From the NCBI GenBank assembly GCA_026770705.1, contig JANJGN010000150.1, positions 310,001-374,000 of the forward strand: a stretch of 64,000 bases of DNA. Direction: 5' to 3'. This DNA is from Isurus oxyrinchus (Eukaryota). This document shows, piece after piece, positions 40,001 through 52,157 of the stretch. Within the stretch, counting starts at the first letter, position 1. The number at the start of each line of letters is the position of its first letter. The notes under the pieces were generated by a model. That model did no database searches. It was not told the origin of the DNA and saw nothing but the letters and a program-made list of their open reading frames with translations. The position numbers were made by a program, and so were the translations under genes.

Positions 40001-42664
40001 TCCCTCAGTACTGACCCTCCGACAGTGCAACACTTCCACAGTACTGACCCTGTAACAATGCAGCACTTCCTCAATACTGACCTCCGACAGTATAGCACTC
40101 ACTCAGTACTGTCCCTCCAATAGTGCAACACTTCCACACTACTGACCCTCTGACAGTGCAGCACTCCCTCAGCACGGAGTGTTGACCGACGTTATGGGAC
40201 TGAATTCCCTGGAGTGAGACTCAGACCAGAGATTTAGGTAGGGTTGTTCCGGCTGGAGGAGGTTACAGAGATAGGGAGGGTTGTAGAGGCTGTAGGAGGT
40301 AACAGAGATAGGGAGGATTCTAGAGGCTGTAGGAAGTTACAGAGATAGGGAGGGTTGTAGGGGCTGTAGGAGGTTACAGAGATAGGGAGGTGAGTAGGGG
40401 CTGTAGGAGGTTAAAGAGATGGGGGGGTTGTGGGGGCTGGAGGTGGTTACAGAGGTAGGGAGGGTTGTAGAGGCTGGAGGAGGTTACCAAAATAGATACT
40501 GTTGTAGGGGCCACAGTAGGTTACAGAGATAGGGAGAGTTATAGTGTGGAGAGGACGTTATAGAGTTCATGAGCATTGTAGGGGCTGGAGGAGGTTACAG
40601 TGATTCTGAGGGTCGTGGGGCCTGGAGGAGGTTACAGAGATAGGGAGGGTTGTAGGGTCTGGAGGAGGTTACAGAGATAGGGAGGGTTGTAGGGTCTGGA
40701 GCAGGTTACAGAGATAGGGAGGGTTGTAGGGTCTAGAGGAGGTTACAGTGATCATGAGGGTTGTGGGGTCTGGGGGAGGTTACAGAGATAGGTAGGGTTG
40801 TAGGGGCTGGAGGAGGTTACAGAGATAGGGAGGTTTATAGGGGCTGGAGGAGTTTACAGAGATAGGGAGGGTTGTAGGGGCTGGAGGAGGTTACGGAGAT
40901 AGGGAGTGTTGTAGGGGCTGGAGGAGGTAACAGAGATAGGGACAGTTGTAGGGGCTGGAGGAAGTTACAGAGATAGGGAGGGTTGTAGGGGCTGGAGGAG
41001 GTTACAGATATAGGGAGGGTTGTAGCGGCTGGAGAAGGTTACAGAGATAGGGAGGGGTGTAGGAGCTGGAGGAGGTTACAGAGATAGGGAGGGTTGTAAG
41101 GCCTGGTGGAGGTTACAGAGATAGGGAGGGGTGTAGGGGCTGGAGGAGGTTACAGAGATAGGGAGGGTTGTAGGGGCTGGAGGAGGTTACAGATATAGGG
41201 AGGGTTGTAGGGTCTGGAGCAGGTTACAGAGATAGGGAGGGTTGTAGGGTCTAGAGGAGGTTACAGTGATCATGAGGGTTGTGGGGTCTGGGGGAGGTTA
41301 CAGAGATAGGTAGGGTTGTAGGGGCTGGAGGAGGTTACAGAGATAGGGAGGTTTATAGAGGCTGTAGGAGGTAACAGAGATAGGGAGGATTCTAGAGGCT
41401 GTAGGAGGTTACAGAGATAGGGAGGGTTGTAGGGGCTGTAGGAGGTTACAGAGATAGGGAGGTGAGTAGGGGCTGTAGGAGGTTAAAGAGATGGGGGGGT
41501 TGTGGGGGCTGGAGGTGCTTTCAGAGGTAGGGAGGGTTGTAGAGGCTGGAGGAGGTTACCAAAATAGATACTGTTGTAGGGGCCACAGTAGGTTACAGAG
41601 ATAGGGAGAGTTATAGTGTGGAGAGGACGTTATAGAGTTCATGAGCATTGTAGGGGCTGGAGGAGGTTACAGTGATTCTGAGGGTCGTGGGGCCTGGAGG
41701 AGGTTACAGAGATAGGGAGGGTTGTAGGGTCTGGAGGAGGTTACAGAGATAGGGAGGGTTGTAGGGTCTGGAGCAGGTTACAGAGATAGGGAGGGTTGTA
41801 GGGTCTAGAGGAGGTTACAGTGATCATGAGGGTTGTGGGGTCTGGGGGAGGTTACAGAGATAGGTAGGGTTGTAGGGGCTGGAGGAGGTTACAGAGATAG
41901 GGAGGTTTATAGGGGCTGGAGGAGTTTACAGAGATAGGGAGGGTTGTAGGGGCTGGAGGAGGTTACGGAGATAGGGAGTGTTGTAGGGGCTGGAGGAGGT
42001 AACAGAGATAGGGACAGTTGTAGGGGCTGGAGGAAGTTACAGAGATAGGGAGGGTTGTAGGGGCTGGAGGAGGTTACAGATATAGGGAGGGTTGTAGCGG
42101 CTGGAGAAGGTTACAGAGATAGGGAGGGGTGTAGGAGCTGGAGGAGGTTACAGAGATAGGGAGGGTTGTAAGGCCTGGTGGAGGTTACAGAGATAGGGAG
42201 GGGTGTAGGGGCTGGAGGAGGTTACAGAGATAGGGAGGGTTGTAGGGGCTGGAGGAGGTTACAGATATAGGGAGGGTTGTAGCGGCTGGAGGAGGTTACA
42301 GAGATAGGGAGGGGTGTAGGGGCTGGAGGAGGTTACAGAGATAGGGAGGGTTGTAAGGCCTGGTGGAGGTTACAGAGATAGGGAGTGGCTGAGGAGGGAT
42401 TAAAAACAAGAATGAGAATTTCAGGGGAAACGACAGAAGGAAATGATGTTAAATTCATAGAGGGCGACAATATTAAAGGCACGAACATAATAATATCAAA
42501 CTGCGGAAGTGACCAGTCTATCTGGGTGGTAGACGTAGAGTCATGTGCAAGAAACACCTCACCCAGAGGGACATCTCTTAGCTTACCCTCGACAAGGAGA
42601 AGAAGTGACTCAGCTGCAGGGAGAGCAGCAAAGTCAGAGTGAACAAGACAAGTCGCCATTTCAT
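36917..42664 (-). CDS. HAMP: Hepcidin-like prepropeptide gene, 3 exons: join(42664..42587, 39486..39430, 37033..36917), 83 aa
   Basis: MKWRLVLFTLTLLLSLQLSHFFSLSR/VDTALGSSTIEKSVDSPDT/GSLLQRQKR-MGRQQLCRFCCNCCNWREPNETCGLCCRY*. Signal peptide, prodomain, furin site, 8-Cys hepcidin pattern, canonical GT-AG phase-0 introns. Confidence 0.92.
39430..39486 (-). CDS. HAMP: Hepcidin exon 2 (prodomain)
   Basis: ttctttctttttgcag/ 57 nt /gtaggt, phase 0-0. Confidence 0.8.
40240..42390. repeat. G-rich 37-bp minisatellite (ggttacagagatagggagggttgtaggggctggagga) in hepcidin intron 1, with a ~1.07-kb higher-order duplication
   Basis: Variant block at 40291 recurs at 41363; inverted copies at 43128-43240. Confidence 0.95.
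42587..42664 (-). CDS. HAMP: Hepcidin exon 1 (signal peptide)
   Basis: ATG AAA TGG CGA CTT GTC TTG TTC...TCG AGG/gtaagc; hydrophobic leader. Confidence 0.88.
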
Positions 42665-42750
42665 CTGGGAGCTTCCCATCTCTGCCTGTCTCTTCTGATC
42701 TTCTGGCTCTGCTTTGATGCTTTGGTTTGTAACTAGAGGAGCTTCCTGCT

Positions 42751-42965
42751 CTTATACCTGAAACACTTGAAGGGGACAGCTGCGGGTGGGTAGCTGTGTG
42801 GTATCACACCCATTTCTGGATATTGCAGTGTCGATGTTCCCTGTCCCACTGGCCTGGGACCAGCAGTAAGGTCACTGGGACATTGACTGTCTGGCGCCGA
42901 GAACTATCAGTCCCTCCGCAACGCCCTTCACCTTGTGCAAATATGTGTTCATATTGACGCAACAC
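42751..42965 (-). promoter_or_regulatory. Putative hepcidin promoter
   Basis: TATAAG (42756-42751); GGCGCC BMP-RE-like at 42893-42898 next to a GTCT/AGAC Smad element; TTGTGCAA (42933-42940) and TGACGCAA (42955-42962) C/EBP-type sites. Confidence 0.6.
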
Positions 42966-43624
42966 AACATAGCAAAAACATAGGGGCTGGTTCTTATGTC
43001 GGCAAATCAGGTGAACCACACGCCCCCTAACCCCTTACTCCTCTCATTGCTACACTTACTATTTTACAAATTGTGTGCGTTGCTTTTATTTTAGACAAGG
43101 GGCCTCGAGGGGGAACTGATTTACATTTTGTAACCTCCTCCAGCCCCTACAACACTCCTTATCTCTGTAACCTCCTCCAGCCCCTACAACCCTCCCTATC
43201 TCTGTAACCTCCTCCAGCCCCTGTAACCCTCCCCATCTCTTGAAGGGTTCTCAAAATTTCCAACTGTCAAGGAACCCTGGGTTGGTGAGCGTGACCCCTG
43301 ACCTCTCCTAGTGCAATTAAGTTAGGGTTTGGGGGTGGGACAAGGGTAAGGGCATTAGTAGCGTGATTCTCCCTCGTTATGCCGTGTGTTCCCCATTCTT
43401 AACTCAGTGTACTTTGTAAGTCTGTATAATCTCAGTGTCATCCTAATGTTAGAAGTTCATTTGTGACTTCAGTAAACTCAGTTTTTGTCTTGCACCAAAA
43501 CCAGTTGTCTGCTGCACTTTGTGACAAGCCCCGAATAAGTCCAAGGTCTAGAACCCAGGGAGTGGGAGTGATTCAGACGGCTCAGAAGTCGCAGGTGAAG
43601 CTGACACACACCACCACACCCTAC

Positions 43625-43990
43625 AAGGGGCTGAATGGCCTCCTCCTGTTCCTGTGTAATGGGCTTCAGTGGCTGAATGGCCTCCTCCTGTTCCTGTATA
43701 ACGGACATAAGTGGCAGAATGGCCTCCTCTTGTTCCTGTGTAACGGACATAAGTGGCAGAATGGCCTCCTCCTGTTTCTGTGTAACAGTCTTGAGGGGGC
43801 TGAATGGCCTCCTCCTGTTTCTGTGTAACAGTCTCGAGGGGGCTGAATGGGCCTCTTCCAGTTCCTGTGTAACAGGCTCGAGGGGACTGAATGGCCTCCT
43901 CCTGTTCCTGTGTAACAGGCTTGAGGGGGCTGAATGGCCTCCTCCTGTTCCTGTGTAACAGGCTCAAGGGGCTGAATGGCCTCCTTCTGC
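43625..43990 (+). repeat. ~39-bp tandem repeat derived from a CR1 3' tail
   Basis: ggctgaatggcctcctcctgttcctgtgtaac units. Confidence 0.9.
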
Positions 43991-44290
43991 ACTGTAAACT
44001 TGTTGTGATACTGTAACTGCCTCTTTGGTTTCATTCAGCTGAATCTTCAGCTCTTCAGTCTCTTCCTTGTATCTCTTGCCTTCCTCCTGGAACATTGGAC
44101 ATGGTTGGGTCTTCCCTGCCAACTGTTTCTTCAGTTTGCTCAGAGCGGCACAGAATTCGCTTTCTTTCTCTTCAGGATTTTCCAGTGGAACCAACTCTGA
44201 CCTGAGGGACACTTGCAGCCTGTGAGGATGCTTCAATTCTTCAAACTCATTCCGAGATACACTCTCATATTCCCCCAGCAACTCAGCAAC
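43990..44290 (-). pseudogene. Coiled-coil host-gene fragment, UACA/RAI14-like
   Basis: AELLGEY..VPLENPEEKESEFCAALSKLKKQLAGKTQ..EEGKRYKEETEELK resembles the UACA coiled coil (recalled, not searched). Confidence 0.45.
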
Positions 44291-45327
44291 TCCTCCAGTG
44301 AAACATTTCAGAGCAGCTGAGCTTGGTTTTCTGGAACCAGTCTCGGCCCAGAAGACTAGGGCCCTCACCTGTCGCTATGATCACTGGAAGCTGGGCTGTC
44401 TGCTGCCTGTAGGACACAGGTACTGGGATGAGGTCCTTTCCCTGTATGGATTCTCCAGTGTGTGTCTTCAGCTGATCCACTGTTGGCTCTAAATTCAGCG
44501 TCTGGGTTCCTTCATTTAGCTGCTTAAATGTGGGCTCTTCCACCACTGTGTCTGAGGCTCCCGTATCTGCCCCATTACTAGTGGCTGCCCATTCACTTGG
44601 GTTGTGATGGTTATAGGTTCAGTTTTTACCACTGTGACATTGGACAGGGAATAGACATCGGTATCAGCAGCTTCAGGCACTGCCTGATGGGCTGTCTCGA
44701 TTACACCCTGCATTGCTTTATTACCCGCCCCTTTCTTGTGGCAGTGATGGCATTCTGCCCCCTTGAACCTGCAGGTGTCCGGTACGTGCTCACTCCCCCC
44801 CACATCGAGAACAGGCCAACTTCGGAGTTGCTGCTGAAATACTCCCACGAAGCCTTTTAGTTTCTGGAGCGGCAGAGACTGTCTCTTGCTTGGCGGCTGT
44901 CTCTCTCTCTCTCTCTCTCTCTCCAGTTTGAACCTCACGCCCGGTGATTGGTTCCTGTCCCAGCTGAGGACTGGTGCCATGTTGTACATCCCTTAAATCC
45001 CGCCAGTCTCTCCCAGCACTTTCCATGCCTGGCGCTATTTCCATGGTGCGCTTCAAATCGATGTCGGCTTCTGCGAGTAAATGGCTCTGAATGGCGTTGG
45101 GGTGAACGACACAAACCAATCGGCCCCGCAACATGTCATTGAGTGTGTCTCCGAGGTCCCAGTGCTCAGTCACCTGCTTCCACTTCACTGTATAGGTTGC
45201 GATGGACTCTCCCGGGGCCCTTACTCTGGAGTTAAACTTAAACCTTTTCATTATTACCCACGGCTTCAGCTGAAAACACATCTTCATGAGGTCGACTAAT
45301 TGGTGAAAAGATTTAGAATTGGGTGCA
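44290..45327 (-). mobile_element. Gypsy/Ty3 LTR retrotransposon gag-protease fragment, degraded
   Basis: RFKFNSRVRAPGESIATY..LNDMLRGRLVC (gag), CSRCGG/CHHCHKKG knuckles, GEGPSLLGRDW protease end. Confidence 0.88.
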
Positions 45328-45614
45328 ATACACGTCACTGTCTTCAGCTCTGAGACTGTCAATCCTCACCAAACAATTCTTCCCTTCCAAGTCGGCGATT
45401 ATTTTAGCACGTCCCACGAATGTGGCCACCCCATAATTGGGATCTTTGGTGTATGTGATGATATATTTCCATCTATACCAATATTTGTACCAAGCTCCGT
45501 GCAGTGCTGTGTAAGAGTGGGAAGGAAAGTCAAAGCTACACGGAATAACCACACAAGAGCTGCTGATGGCCCTCCGAGGTAGCGCCTTCATAGACCATCC
45601 CTCTGACGTCACTC
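45328..45614 (-). pseudogene. Siglec V-set exon (unit C), truncated by the Gypsy element just before the essential Arg
   Basis: ctttcag/ GVTSEGWSMKALPRRAISSSCVVIPCSFDFP..W..GRAKIIADLEGKNCLVRIDSLRAEDSDVY, then gag sequence. Confidence 0.88.
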
Positions 45615-45669
45615 CTGAAAGGCAACAAGGGAGGGGACTGAACATCAAAAAGCAGAATATTACTTCAAT

Positions 45670-46120
45670 GGAGAGAGGCAGCAGAATGCGGTACAGAGGG
45701 ATCTGGGTGTCCTTGTACATGAATCACAGAAAGTCAGCATTCAGGAACAGCACGGAATGAGGAAGGCAAGTGGAATGTTGGCCTTTATTGCAAAGGGATG
45801 GAGTATAAAAGGAGGGAAGTCTTGCTACAACTGTACAGGGCGTTGGTGAGATTGTATCAGGAGCAGTGTGTACAGTTCTGGTCTCCTTACTTAGGGAGGG
45901 ATAGACTCTGCATTGGAGGCAGTTCAGAGGAGGTTCACTGGGCTGATTCCTGGGATGAAGGGGGTTTGTCTTATGAGGAAATGTTGAGCAGGTTGGGCCC
46001 TGTATCCATTGGAGTTTAGAAGAATGAGAGGTGATCTTATTGAAACATATAAGATTCTGAGGTGGTGGGGGGTTTGACAGGGTCGATGCTGAGGGGATGT
46101 TACCCCTTGTGGGGGAATCC
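45670..46120 (+). mobile_element. CR1 LINE fragment
   Basis: EYKRREVLLQLYRALVR..CVQFWSPY. Confidence 0.85.
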
Positions 46121-46434
46121 TGTGAAGCAATAAGGACGTTTTACTGCATTAAAGGTGCTATATAAATGCACTGTCATTCCTATTGAAACAAGCTCTCTGA
46201 TGCACAAACAGAAAATGCTGGAAAAACTCAGCAGGTCTGACAGCATCTGTGGAGAGAGAAACAGAGTTGGTGTTTCGAGTCCATATGAGGCTTTTTCTTT
46301 TGCTAAATTCTCTGACTCGCTATTCACTCACTCTCTGTGTGATCACTAACCCTGTTCTCTAAAATTAAATGTTCACTTCCTCGCTCCAGGAAAGAATCCA
46401 ATTCCCTGAGTTCCGATCAGTAATGAATTTGTAC

Positions 46435-46480
46435 CTTGCAGCAAGCTGATGAAGATCAATATCAGACCGACCTCTCCCAT
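46435..46480 (-). CDS. Leader exon, unit C (MGEVGLILIFISLLQ)
   Basis: ttccatttag acceptor (exon starts 46494), phase-1 G/gtacaa donor, in frame with 45614. Confidence 0.8.
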
Positions 46481-46749
46481 CTTCAGTTCCTCATCTAAAT
46501 GGAAATGATAAAGACAGAGACTTTTTCAGAAATTGTCCCCAGCGTTTCTTCCTCAAACAACAACTTGTGTTTAAATGGCACCTTTCAGAAAATTAAACAG
46601 CCCCAGGGAATTATCTAATGTCAAGACAAGGAAGGAGAGATTGAGAAGGGACATCGCAAACCGATTCACCAAACACGGCAAAAATTCATTGTTCCCTCAC
46701 TCCCTGTGCTGGGTGTCCAGCTTTTTCTCTCAGTGAGTTTAGTCCTCAC

Positions 46750-49620
46750 AATCTCTCTCTATCGCACTCTTCTGCTCTCTCTCTCTCTCACACACACACA
46801 TTCTCTCTCTAACACTCACAATCTCTCTCTATCACACTCTTCTGCTCTATCTCTCTCTCTCACACACACACATTCTCTGTCTAACACTCACAATCTCTCT
46901 CTATCGCACTCCTCTGCACGATCTCTCTCTCACACACACACATTCTCTCTCTAACACTCACAATCTCTCTCTATCAACTCTTCTGCTCTATCTCTCTCTC
47001 TCTCTCTCTCACACACATTCTCTCTCTAACACTCACAATCTCTCTCTATCACACTCTTCTGCTCTATCTCTCTCTCTCTCACACACACACATTCTCTCTC
47101 TAACAAACACAATCTCTCTCTATCGCACTCTTCTGCTCTCTCTCTCTCTCACACACACACACATTCTCTCTCTAACACTCACAATCTCTCTCTATCACAC
47201 TCTTCTGCTCTCTCTCTCTCTCTCACACATACATTCTCTCTCTTATACTCACAAAATTTTTCTCTGTCACACTCTTCTGCTCTATCTCTCTGTCACACAC
47301 ACACATTCTCTCTCTAACACTCACAATCTCTCTCTATCACACTCCTCTGCTCTATCTCTCTCTCACACACACATTCTCTCTCTAACACTCACAATCTCTC
47401 TCTATCGCACTCTTCTGCTCTATCTCTCTCTCTCAAACACACTCATTCTCTCTCTAACACTCACAATCTCTCTCTATCGCACTCTTCTGCTCTATCTCTC
47501 TCTCTCACACACACACACATTCTCTCTCTAACAAACACAATCTCTCTCTATCACACTCTTCTGCTCTATCTCTCTCTCTCTCACACACACATTCTCTCTC
47601 TAACAATCACAATCTCTCTATCACACTCTTCTGCTCTATCTCTCTCTCACACACACACATTCTCTCTCTAACACTCACAATCTCTCTCTATCGCACTCTT
47701 CTGCTCTATCTCTCTCTCTCACACACACACATTCTCTGTCTAACACTCACAATCTCTCTCTATCGCACTCCTCTGCTCGATCTCTCTCTCACACACACAC
47801 ATTCTCTCTCTAACACTCACAATCTCTCTCTATCAACTCTTCTGCTCTATCTCTCTCTCTCTCTCTCTCTCACACACATTCTCTCTCTAACACTCACAAT
47901 CTCTCTCTATCACACTCTTCTGCTCTATCTCTCTCTCTCTCACACACACATTCTCTCTCTAACACTCACAATCTCTCTCTATCACACTCTTCTGCTCTAT
48001 CTCTCTCTCGCACACACACACATTCTCTCTCTAACAAACACAATCTCTCTCTATCGCACTCTTCTGCTCTCTCTCTCTCTCACACACACACACATTCTCT
48101 CTCTAACACTCACAATCTCTCTCTATCGCACTCTTCTGCTCTATCTCTCTCTCTCACACACACACATTCTCTGTCTAACACTCACAATCTCTCTCTATCG
48201 CACTCCTCTGCTCGATCTCTCTCTCACACACACACATTCTCTCTCTAACACTCACAATCTCTCTCTATCACACTCTTCTGCTCTATCTCTCTCTCTCACA
48301 CACATATTCTCTGTCTAACACTCACAATCTCTCTCTATCACACTCTTCTGCTCTATCTCTCTCTCACACACACACCCACATTCTCTCTCTAACACTCACA
48401 ATCTCTCTCTATCACACTCTTCTGCTCTATCTCTCTCTCACGCACACACATTCTCTCTCAGACACTCACATTCTCTCTCTCTCACACACACACATTCTCT
48501 CTCTCTCAGACACTCACATTCTCTCTCTCTCAAACATTTACCATCTCTCTCTATCTTTCTCTTCTGCTGTCTCCCTCTTTCTCACTCTCATGCACTCTCT
48601 CCCNNNNNNNNNNNNNNNNNNNNNNNNNNNNNNNNNNNNNNNNNNNNNNNNNNNNNNNNNNNNNNNNNNNNNNNNNNNNNNNNNNNNNNNNNNNNNNNNN
48701 NNNNNNNNNNNNNNNNNNNNNNNNNNNNNNNNNNNNNNNNNNNNNNNNNNNNNNNNNNNNNNNNNNNNNNNNNNNNNNNNNNNNNNNNNNNNNNNNNNNN
48801 NNNNNNNNNNNNNNNNNNNNNNCTCCCTCACACCACACCCTCCCTCACACACACACGCACTCTCNNNNNNNNNNNNNNNNNNNNNNNNNNNNNNNNNNNN
48901 NNNNNNNNNNNNNNNNNNNNNNNNNNNNNNNNNNNNNNNNNNNNNNNNNNNNNNNNNNNNNNNNNNNNNNNNNNNNNNNNNNNNNNNNNNNNNNNNNNNN
49001 NNNNNNNNNNNNNNNNNNNNNNNNNNNNNNNNNNNNNNNNNCTCCCTCACACACACACACTCTCCCTCACACACACACACTCTCTCCCTCACACACAGAA
49101 TCTCTCTCACACACACACACTCTCCCTCACACACACATCCTCCCTCACACACACACACACTCTCTCTGATACGCACAATCTCTCCCTCACACACACACAC
49201 TCTCCCTCACAGACACACACACTCTCTCTGATACGCACAATCTCTCCCTCACACACACAGAATCTCTCTCACACACACACACTCTCCCTCACACACACAT
49301 CCTCCCTCACACACACACACACTCTCTCTGATACGCACAATCTCTCCCTCACACACACACACAATCTCCCTCACACACACAGAATCTCTCTCACACACAC
49401 ACTCTCTCCCNNNNNNNNNNNNNNNNNNNNNNNNNNNNNNNNNNNNNNNNNNNNNNNNNNNNNNNNNNNNNNNNNNNNNNNNNNNNNNNNNNNNNNNNNN
49501 NNNNNNNNNNNNNNNNNNNNNNNNNNNNNNNNNNNNNNGTACACACTCTTTCTAACTCTTTTTCTCTCTCACAGACTCTCTCTGTCTCTCTCTGTCTCTC
49601 TCTCTCTCAGACACACTCTC
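46750..49620. repeat. Compound (CT)n/(CA)n ~60-bp satellite with N gaps
   Basis: cattctctctctaacactcacaatctctctctatcacactcttctgctc units. Confidence 0.95.
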
Positions 49621-50097
49621 TCTAATACGGAAGATTGTGGTTTTAAGACGTGCTCATGATTTCTGCTCAAAACCCAGGCAGATTCTCCCCAGTGAGGGAG
49701 TACTGAGGGTGTGCTGCACTGTCAGAGGGTCAGTACTGAGGGAGTGCTGCACTGTTGGAGGGTTAGCACTGAGGGAGTGCTGCACTTCCAGAGGGTCAAT
49801 ACTGAAGGAGTGCTGCACTCTCAAAGCGTCAATGCTGAGGGAGTGCTGCACTGTCAGAGGGTGGACACTGAGGGAATGCTGCTCTGTCAGACCTGCCATA
49901 TTTCAGATGATGTTTGAAATTAGCAACATGCCTCATGTATAATTATATATCATCAACTCAAAATAAATAGATTATTCCTGTACATTTCACTTTACTGTAA
50001 ATTGTTTGCAGTTTCATTTCCTTAGAAACCAGGCTTGTGTGATCACTATTTTTAAATAACGTTAATAATAAAGATGCGACAATCCACATGCACAGAT

Positions 50098-50135
<38 letters not shown>

Positions 50136-50838
50136 ATGTGTAGGCACATACATGCACATTTACACACAGTCATACACGTGCAAAAACCTACACAGAAACA
50201 TACACACACTCAACTCACACACACACACTCACACGTGCACACACATACACATACACATGTACACACATTCACTTATGCACAGAAATATACACAAAGACAC
50301 ACGCACATTTGCGCAAACACATACACACATGCACACACAGACACATGCATGCATACTCACACAAACATACTCACATATGTAGAAACACAAACACATACAC
50401 ATAAACACGCGTGAGGTCCCTCTTCTCTCTCAGGGCTACACTGGAGTCTCGGTGTCAGCTCCGATTCTGTGTTGAAGGAAGGTAAACTCCAGATCAACAA
50501 GACCCTGAACTGGATGAGCAACCTCCTGAACAGAGAATTGTAGATTTACCCCTCAGTGCTCCATCGATCAAATACAATTCATTCCCGTAAATCCCTTGGC
50601 AAAATCCTGAGGATGTGAAAGTTTCTTTCATTCTAGGTGAACAGCACCTCTACTGGTGGGAGAATGTAACTGTAGTTTGACTGTTTACATAGGCAGTGTC
50701 CATTATAAATTTGACAGTGGAAGTTATATGGAGGGAAGGTATCTGGAAATGCATACAGACATCAGATACAGAGAGATGATGCATGGAGTCTTGCTGTGCA
50801 CGCTGCTTGCTCACATTAAACACTTGATTTGTTCTTAG

Positions 50839-51120
50839 ATGCTCCACAGAATCTCACATTTACTTCTCTTGAAATGATTAATGCTTCATTGATCAATATA
50901 ATTGAGGGGAATTCTGCAGTGATAATCTGCTCTGTCGAGAGCTTCCCAGCTTCTAACCTGACGTGGCGACATCTTAATGTCCCAATGAACAGAACAAGTT
51001 GCAACAATGAGCTGTGGTTGGTGATTCCTCACGTTACATCCAGGGACACTGGAGACTATCAGTGTGTGGCAGAGAATGAACATGGAGCAGTGGAGGGATT
51101 CATCACCATCACTGTGGAAT
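50839..51120 (+). CDS. C2 Ig exon D1
   Basis: APQNLTFTSLEM..EGNSAVIICSVESFPASNLTWRH..DTGDYQCVAENEHG; 282 nt, phase 1-1. Confidence 0.88.
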
Positions 51121-51876
51121 GTGAGTGTACACAGACTTCAACATCTCTCACACACACACTCACACATGCAAAAACACTCATGTGTAGACACAAACATGCA
51201 CGCTTACACACAAACATACGTTCAAACACATACACAGAAACACACACAAACTCAACTCACACATACAAACATTCATGCGCACACAAAGACACACACATGC
51301 ACACACACTCCCTCAAGCACAGACATACAGACATACACACACAGACACACACACACACACACACACACACACGCGTCCACACATGTGCTGACAGACACGC
51401 GCATACACACAAATACAAACTCACGTGCAGAAGTACACACACAAGTGTGAGCTCCCTCTCCTCTCTCAGTTCTGTACTGGAGTCTTGGTATCAGCTCCCA
51501 TTCTGTGCTGAAGGAAGGTAAACTCCAGATCAGCAAGACCCTGAATTGGATGAGCAACCTCCTGAACAGAGAAATGTAGATTTAGCTCTCAGTGCTCCAT
51601 CGATCAAATACAATTCATTGCCTATCAAGCCCTTGGGGACATCTTGAGAGTGTTAAAGGATGTTTCTTTCATTCTAGAGGGTTAGCAACTCTACTGGTGG
51701 GAGGAAGCAACTGCAGTGTGACAGTTTACATAGGAAGTGTCCATTATAAATATGACAGTAATTTTTCATGAGGGAAGGTACCTGGAAAAGCATTCCAACA
51801 TCAGATACAGAGAGATGATGCATGGAGTCTTGCTGTGCACTATGCTTGCTCACATTAAAATCTTTATTTCTTTTAG

Positions 51877-52157
51877 ACGCCCCCAGAATCTCTCAATTAA
51901 TTCTCTTGATATGATTAACGCTTCATCGATCAATATAATTGAGGGGAATTCTGCAGTGATAATCTGCTCTGTCGAGAGCTTCCCAGCTTCTAACCTGACG
52001 TGGCGACATCTTAATGTCCCAATGAACAGAACAAGTTGCAACAATGAGCTGTGGTTGGTGTTTCCTCACGTTACATCCAGGGACACTGGAGACTATCAGT
52101 GTGTGGCAGAGAATGAACATGGAGCAGTGGAGGTGTCCATAACCATCACTGCGGAAC
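51877..52157 (+). pseudogene. C2 Ig exon D2 with a 1-nt deletion
   Basis: 281 nt versus 282; ACGCCCCCAGAAT is one base shorter than ATGCTCCACAGAAT in D1. Confidence 0.75.
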
